Shown here: positions 59,362 through 64,000 of the stretch, piece after piece | Layout: each line of letters begins with the position of its first letter | Position numbering within the stretch: position 1 is the first letter of the stretch | Assembly: GCA_019753155.1 (NCBI GenBank) | Contig: JAIELG010000016.1 | Location: 113,280 to 177,279 of the forward strand | Reading direction: 5' to 3' | DNA length: 64,000 bases | Source of the DNA: Burkholderiales bacterium | GTDB lineage: Bacteria > Pseudomonadota > Gammaproteobacteria > Burkholderiales > JABEVD01 | Position numbers and translations under genes: made by a program | Notes under the pieces: model-generated | Databases searched by the model: none | The model's input: the letters and a program-made list of their open reading frames with translations, nothing else | What the model was told of the DNA's origin: nothing

Positions 59362-59612
59362 GGTCTTCCCTCCAAAGTTTTAATTCGCATTTCAAGGTCG
59401 CCGATTTCGATCAGTTTTGCAATTTGCGCCAAAATGAAAGCCAGCCTAGAAGCGTCAGCAGGATCGATGTTGCCATGCCGCGCATCACGATAAACACGGG
59501 CCAATTCTTTTCGGCAATCGTCAACGGATGACAGGTCCAAGCGGGGGGTAGGTATTGGGCGCAGCACAGTAACCGCGCCGCCTTCCGGCGAGTTGGGCGA
59601 GCGTTTTTTCAT
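59358..59612 (-). CDS. Small helical hypothetical protein
   Basis: LDLSSVDDCRKELARVYRDARHGNIDPADASRLAFIL..DLEMRIKTLE; ATGA coupling. Confidence 0.78.
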   Translation of the reverse strand: MKKRSPNSPEGGAVTVLRPIPTPRLDLSSVDDCRKELARVYRDARHGNIDPADASRLAFILAQIAKLIEIGDLEMRIKTLEGRP

Positions 59613-60004
59613 GCAAGTGTCCTTAAAACATCATCGGCAGATCGAGCGACGAAAGCCAGCCCGCCGTGCCGTGTCACCAAGTCGAGGAAGTCGCACTGCT
59701 CGGGAGTCAGTCGCCCGCCTGGAGCCTTGACTTCGACAGCAAGAATGCGCCCACCCTTGAGTTGCCCGATGATGTCAGAACAGCCTCGGAAGCCGTACCT
59801 GATAAACCTGTCGTCCGTTTTGATCGCGCCCGAGTTCATGCGCTCGATCCAAGCGACGCGCGGATGATTCCGCAGTGCAGCCAAGACTGCCGCCAGGATC
59901 GCCGCTTCCGGTCGCGCATTTTTTTTGCGCTCGGTTTTTTTAGGGATTGGTTCGCCAGAATAAAAAGCCATCGCTGCTGCAATTTGTCGTTTCGTGGGGT
60001 TCAT
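59609..60004 (-). CDS. VRR-NUC domain nuclease
   Basis: GCSDII..AVEVKAPGGRLTPEQ PD-(D/E)xK motif. Confidence 0.88.
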   Translation of the reverse strand: MNPTKRQIAAAMAFYSGEPIPKKTERKKNARPEAAILAAVLAALRNHPRVAWIERMNSGAIKTDDRFIRYGFRGCSDIIGQLKGGRILAVEVKAPGGRLTPEQCDFLDLVTRHGGLAFVARSADDVLRTLA

Positions 60005-60369
60005 GCCGCCTCCCGCCTGGACTTGCCTTCTGCATCCTCGACGATCCGCTTGAACTGGTCGAGGTCGCCAGTAAGATCAGCAGGAGCCATCGAGCGCCGG
60101 GCTTTCAGCAGATTGTCGCGGTGTTCTTGGGAATGATGCTTCAGGTCGCAAAGGCGATTGATGAGGCTGTCGTATTCCGCGATAGCGTCAAGAATGCCGT
60201 CCATGGGGTCAGGCCCGAGATAATCGAGGATTTCCTGTTTCCGGGATTTGATTGCAGGAAGGAATCGGTCGAGCGCTTCACCTGGGCCTTCAACGGTCAG
60301 TTTGTCGCCTTCCACTTCAAAAGTGATTCCCGCCCTGGTTGCCTCAAGAAGAAACTTGTCGATCTTCAT
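60001..60369 (-). CDS. Hypothetical protein with a TubC_N-like N-terminal domain
   Basis: LLEATRAGITFEVEGDKLTVEGP..IKSRKQEILDYL. Confidence 0.65.
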   Translation of the reverse strand: MKIDKFLLEATRAGITFEVEGDKLTVEGPGEALDRFLPAIKSRKQEILDYLGPDPMDGILDAIAEYDSLINRLCDLKHHSQEHRDNLLKARRSMAPADLTGDLDQFKRIVEDAEGKSRREAA

Positions 60370-61976
60370 AGCGTGACGCTCCTTTTTCCGGCTGCGACTA
60401 CTCCATATAAATTATTTTCAATGTTCACAACGTTCACAACGTTCACAAATTCGCGCTCCGGCTCCGGGTCGTTGTGAACTTCGTGAACGTTGTGAACTTC
60501 GTTTGAAACTTTTCGAATGATGATTGTGATCCCTTCGCGGGTCTTGCCTACTATCCGGGCCTCGATGCCGATGACTCGCAAAGCGGTGGATGCCCTGCGG
60601 ACAGAATCAGCGAATCCTTTTGGAGATTTCGGAAACCGTTCTTCAGAGTCGGACTTGCATCGGGAAACCATTTCGAAGGCAGCCTTAACCGTCCCATCAA
60701 ATCCCATCGGGTTTTGCTCGATGAAGGACTGAATCGCCAGCGCAACGGGGGAAGCGTCCAGCGTGCGGTAGATCGACTGCCGCCGCATCTCCTCGTAATT
60801 GCCCATGAATTCGCCAGACTTCCGCCCAAGCGCAAAGAACACGGCTTCCCCGAGTAGTGCGAAATCGGCCATTCGTGGAAGTTTTTCAATGGTCACATTC
60901 GGAAGAATTTTCAGCGATTGAACGAACAGGTCAAGAAGTCCGCCGAAGATTTCCGCCTTTGCGGACTCGAATCCTTCGGCCAGTTCAGCAGCGGTCTTGC
61001 GGGTGGATATGGTCGGCAGGTCGAAATGGATGAGCCTGTCCACCAAGTCTTGCGCCGTGGCATTCGCGGAAATCCCGTTGATGATGACCGGACGCTTGAT
61101 CGTTATCGCGGTCTCTTCCGAGTTTGTGTACAAAGTCCTTCCCGCGTATCCGCCGCCAGTTGCCAAGACACAAAGCGCATCCTGCGTTTCAGGATGAAGA
61201 AACGAAACATTCTCGAAAGACACCAAATAATTGTTTGTCGCTCCGACGAACAAGTCATCCACAGTTTTCGGTCGTGCTCGAAGGTTGACTGCATTGGGGT
61301 CGATCAGCGATTTCAGATTCGTTTGAGTCGTGCTTTTTGCTGTACCCTGCCCCCCGGTCAATTCGGCAATGGGGAAAGGGGTATCCGCCCTGAAGCATTC
61401 GATCAGGAATGCCAGCATCATTGGCCTGTCTGCGTGGTCGAGGTTGACGTAATCCCACAATTTCGTAAGATTGCCTGTCCTGCTCGGCATCGGCAGCGGT
61501 CGCATGTTGGCATTGCGCCAGAACCTAACAGCAGGATTTTTGACAATCTGCCAGCTCTGGGCGGTGACGTGGACGGCCTGCCATTTATCGTCGCACAGGT
61601 CGATCAGGTAGCCATCTGGAACAGCCGCGCAGCGAAGAGCAACTGGGATCTCCTTGCCGTCATAGCGAGCCTTGCCGGATAGTGCCCGAATCGCATCCTT
61701 CAGAGCTGCATCGCTTGGGATTTTTTCGAAATCGCGGAAGAATGCCGCACAAAGCCATTCCCGAAAACCTTTGGACTCAATTTTCCAGGTCTCGTCGTGG
61801 CTTCCAGCGTGAAAGGTGGCGTATCCGTCACCGTCAGCATTATGAAAAAGTTCAGCTTTCGCGGTGATGAACTCGACCAGTTCTCGGGCCATCGATCCCT
61901 TTTTCGGCTCGTCGGTCGCTTGGAGCGCTTCAAAAGCGGCCTGGGCTTCTGCGGATGCTGGTTCAAATTGACTCAT
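60366..61976 (-). CDS. P-loop ATP-binding replication protein (helicase-like)
   Basis: GGQGTAKST Walker A, SFENVS, RTLYTN, RPVIINGI, DLVDR; start trimmed to MSQFEP. Confidence 0.75.
   Translation of the reverse strand: MSQFEPASAEAQAAFEALQATDEPKKGSMARELVEFITAKAELFHNADGDGYATFHAGSHDETWKIESKGFREWLCAAFFRDFEKIPSDAALKDAIRALSGKARYDGKEIPVALRCAAVPDGYLIDLCDDKWQAVHVTAQSWQIVKNPAVRFWRNANMRPLPMPSRTGNLTKLWDYVNLDHADRPMMLAFLIECFRADTPFPIAELTGGQGTAKSTTQTNLKSLIDPNAVNLRARPKTVDDLFVGATNNYLVSFENVSFLHPETQDALCVLATGGGYAGRTLYTNSEETAITIKRPVIINGISANATAQDLVDRLIHFDLPTISTRKTAAELAEGFESAKAEIFGGLLDLFVQSLKILPNVTIEKLPRMADFALLGEAVFFALGRKSGEFMGNYEEMRRQSIYRTLDASPVALAIQSFIEQNPMGFDGTVKAAFEMVSRCKSDSEERFPKSPKGFADSVRRASTALRVIGIEARIVGKTREGITIIIRKVSNEVHNVHEVHNDPEPEREFVNVVNVVNIENNLYGVVAAGKRSVTL
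60423..60497. repeat. Convergent 9-bp iteron arrays (candidate ori)
   Basis: GTTCACAAC x2 plus GTTCACAAA, a 21-bp spacer, then GTTGTGAAC, TTCGTGAAC, GTTGTGAAC. Confidence 0.8.
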
Positions 61977-62361
61977 GGGCGCTCCAATCCGCAGTTTTGA
62001 AGAATCTCGCCGAATATTTTCCGTTTTCGTCAGGGTCCAAGGGCCAAGCCTGAAGTCTTCGAGGATTTGCTTTAAGGATCGCTCTTGCCAGTGGAACCAC
62101 AAGGTCAGCATCAGCCTGTTCGAAGCCAATCACAACGTCGAGGCCGACCAGCGCCGAAAAATCGTAATTTTTTGGATCGATAGCATGGTCGACAATGATT
62201 CGAGGAAATGCTTTCGCCAGATTCCAGTCGAAAACTATATAAACCATTTGCTGCCGTGGCTGAAGACCGCGCTTTCGGGCTTCCAGGAGTTGACGGCCAT
62301 ATGCTGGGAGCCTTTTCGTGGCGGTCGGCATTGTGCCAAGATTGTCAGCGGGCGCAATCAT
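61963..62361 (-). CDS. Hypothetical protein (possibly a degenerate Toprim-like fold)
   Basis: YDFSALVGLDVVIGF; ATGA-coupled to the AlpA-type gene. Confidence 0.65.
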   Translation of the reverse strand: MIAPADNLGTMPTATKRLPAYGRQLLEARKRGLQPRQQMVYIVFDWNLAKAFPRIIVDHAIDPKNYDFSALVGLDVVIGFEQADADLVVPLARAILKANPRRLQAWPLDPDENGKYSARFFKTADWSAHESI

Positions 62362-62555
62362 TGTCCCCCCCTAAGCAGCGATTCGAGGTCTGATACTTTC
62401 CACGCCAAACGGCCATTGATGCGAATCGGGCGAATCGGCCCATTTTCGAGACAGGCCCATTTTCGCAAGGTTTGCGGACTACGATTTATGAATGGTGCGG
62501 CTTCACTCGTCGGCAGAACTGCCGGAAGGGTTGGGCGGTTTAATGTTGCTTTCAT
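62358..62555 (-). CDS. AlpA/excisionase-like HTH DNA-binding protein
   Basis: PTSEAAPFINRSPQTLRKWAC..PIRINGRLAWKVSDL. Confidence 0.85.
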   Translation of the reverse strand: MKATLNRPTLPAVLPTSEAAPFINRSPQTLRKWACLENGPIRPIRINGRLAWKVSDLESLLRGGQ

Positions 62556-62620
62556 GCCTGAAATCCTCTTTTGTATTGATGAGGATTTCCATTAAATACT
62601 TGTTTCTATGAGTGTTGTAT

Positions 62621-62681
62621 TGGTGCGGGTCGTGGCGGTTTGTCGGGGTTTTTGAAGGGTCTTAGCGGGTCTTTGTGGGCT
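62621..62681. repeat. Six 10-bp phased degenerate repeats upstream of the AlpA-type gene
   Basis: Consecutive decamers ending GGGT, GGTT, GGTT, GGGT, GGGT, GGGC. Confidence 0.6.
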
Positions 62682-63768
62682 CTTTTTTTCGGTTCAATCG
62701 TTTCAGAAAATTTCTCTTTGAAATAAAACTTGCTCCGTTTGCATCCATGTATTTAACTCCGTTTTCGTAAACAAAGCCAAGTAATGGGGCGGGGCGTGTT
62801 TCATCTTCCAATTTGGCCAGATTGACAAAAGCAGCCCAAATGCTTTGATTATCGTTCGGGTTTTCAGCATCTTTCTCGGCGCGCTCGATTACCGCGCTCA
62901 GGATGTTTGTTTTTTCATTATTGGTTCTGTTCGTTTTGATTTTCGGTAGGGGACCTCTCGCTTCTGATAATGTTTCGGCCTTCCCGCCCTCTGGCTCGGG
63001 TTGTTTTGCCGCCAGCCCTTCAAGCTGGCTCGGTATTATCCAGCCTTTCCCTTTCGCCCATTCGATCCAGGCAGCAGGAGCGACATGTTCGGGCAGCTTA
63101 CCGCAAGCCTGCTCCCTCAAGGCGGCCTGGATTTTCTTGTCAAGCTCGGCGCGAATATCTGGATTTCTCGGACTCGTGCCAGGTTCGTAGAGCATTAGAA
63201 GGGAAACTGCTTCTTCTGGTTTCCAGAATGGCAAGCCAAGCCAGTGCGCCCAGTCGATATTTTTTCCGTCATTGGCGGCCAGCTCAATTATCTTGTCACG
63301 ATTCTGACCTACCGCGTGAAAGGCCAATAATTGAAGGTCATCGCCTGAAATAACCACCATTGAAAGGGTAATTGGAAAGGGTTGCTCTTTCGGCTCCACA
63401 AAAACATACCGCCCCGCTTCCCCGTTCCTATCTTCCGGCCTCCTTGCAATATTGGCGTCTGTTTCGCCGCATCCCAAAAGTTCGGCAACATGAACGGGGA
63501 ACAGTGGGATTTTCTGCCAAGGCAGGTAATGCTGAAAGACAAAGGGATTGGCTGGGGTTCCTATTTCATCGTCCCATTTGTAAAGGGCGAACTGTGTGTT
63601 TTTTGGGGGCGCTGCCTTTAGACATGTTGACGGTGGATTCTCTGGAAAGGCTTGATAGGTTTTCAGTGTGACATCCAAAACGGCCCTTTCAGTCCATTTT
63701 TGGCCAGTTTGCTCAGTCAGGTAATCGGCGGCCTCTTGTAAGGTGTTCCATGATAAAAGCATGCGCAT
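62662..63768 (-). CDS. Hypothetical protein of the integrated element
   Basis: Long open frame; TLQEAADYL and WKPEEAVSLL helical/HTH-like segments. Confidence 0.75.
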   Translation of the reverse strand: MRMLLSWNTLQEAADYLTEQTGQKWTERAVLDVTLKTYQAFPENPPSTCLKAAPPKNTQFALYKWDDEIGTPANPFVFQHYLPWQKIPLFPVHVAELLGCGETDANIARRPEDRNGEAGRYVFVEPKEQPFPITLSMVVISGDDLQLLAFHAVGQNRDKIIELAANDGKNIDWAHWLGLPFWKPEEAVSLLMLYEPGTSPRNPDIRAELDKKIQAALREQACGKLPEHVAPAAWIEWAKGKGWIIPSQLEGLAAKQPEPEGGKAETLSEARGPLPKIKTNRTNNEKTNILSAVIERAEKDAENPNDNQSIWAAFVNLAKLEDETRPAPLLGFVYENGVKYMDANGASFISKRNFLKRLNRKKEPTKTR

Positions 63769-63794
63769 CCTTCTTTGCGTCCCTCGAAATAAGG

Positions 63795-63852
63795 GCACCA
63801 GTCAGGCAGGCGAAGGTTTCCCGCTTTTCGCCCCGTCGGGCTAGGCTGGCGC
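63795..63852 (-). ncRNA. Candidate structured cis-regulatory RNA
   Basis: GCGCCAG/CTGGTGC closing stem with two internal hairpins separated by GAAAA. Confidence 0.45.
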
Positions 63853-63859
63853 TTAATCG

Positions 63860-64000
63860 TCAGGCGGCCATGCGCCAGCCTTCGGCGGTTTCCTGGAATA
63901 CTTGCTTTGCTTCCTCTTCCATGCGGTCTATGTCGTTCCACCGGGCAATCAGTTCCGCCACCTTGGTTTTGCCGTCAGCATGTTCCAGATAAATCAGGCG
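63860..64000 (-). CDS. 3' end of a hypothetical protein (partial)
   Basis: Open frame RLIYLEHADGKTKVAELIARWNDIDRMEEEAKQVFQETAEGWRMAA-stop. Confidence 0.6.
   Translation of the reverse strand, partial: RLIYLEHADGKTKVAELIARWNDIDRMEEEAKQVFQETAEGWRMAA

Larger units (their letters stand above)
58286..64000 (-). mobile_element. Integrated phage-satellite-like element at tRNA-fMet (partial)
   Basis: IHF consensus and direct repeats beside the tRNA; coupled minus-strand operon with AlpA-type, P-loop replication and VRR-NUC genes; more AT-rich than the backbone; integrase not in window. Confidence 0.8.

Noticed and set aside
60423-60497. CRISPR array
   Set aside because: Units are 9 bp, without spacers, inside a CDS; no cas genes in the window.
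63768-63790. c-di-GMP-I riboswitch suggested by GGGACGCAAAG
   Set aside because: The upstream GGCAAAC and P2/P3 elements are not present.

Overview
Chromosomal window from a betaproteobacterium with sulfur-oxidation genes; the taxon is inferred from gene content and synteny. The core backbone comprises pyrG-kdsA-eno-ftsB, a molybdenum-cofactor cluster (moaA, mobB, moeA, moaD, moaE, truncated modE, moaC, mobA, mog) with a ModE box, yoaA, rimO, pgeF-rluD/bamD, pat, copA, clpB, nadC, alaA-hom-thrC, MoxR-DUF58-tgpA, clpS-clpA and tRNA-fMet. There are two sulfide modules: a dsrE-tusA-sqr(type III-like)-DUF1641-arginase operon and an sqr(type I)-cydP-cydA-cydB-cydX operon. Accessory items include an acetoacetate-decarboxylase/flavoprotein fusion, two c-di-GMP enzymes, a Phd-RelE/ParE toxin-antitoxin islet and a structured ~92-nt intergenic element. 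From tRNA-fMet (58209-58285) to the window end lies an integrated, capsid-less, satellite-like element. It carries an AlpA-type gene, a P-loop replication protein with internal iterons, VRR-NUC, three small proteins sharing an R-I-x-x-L-E coiled-coil motif and a structured leader; its integrase end is outside the window. Several real genes are missing from the supplied ORF track (1-1475, 1475-1639, cydP, cydX, 63860-64000). All family calls come from motif recognition by eye; no searches were run.
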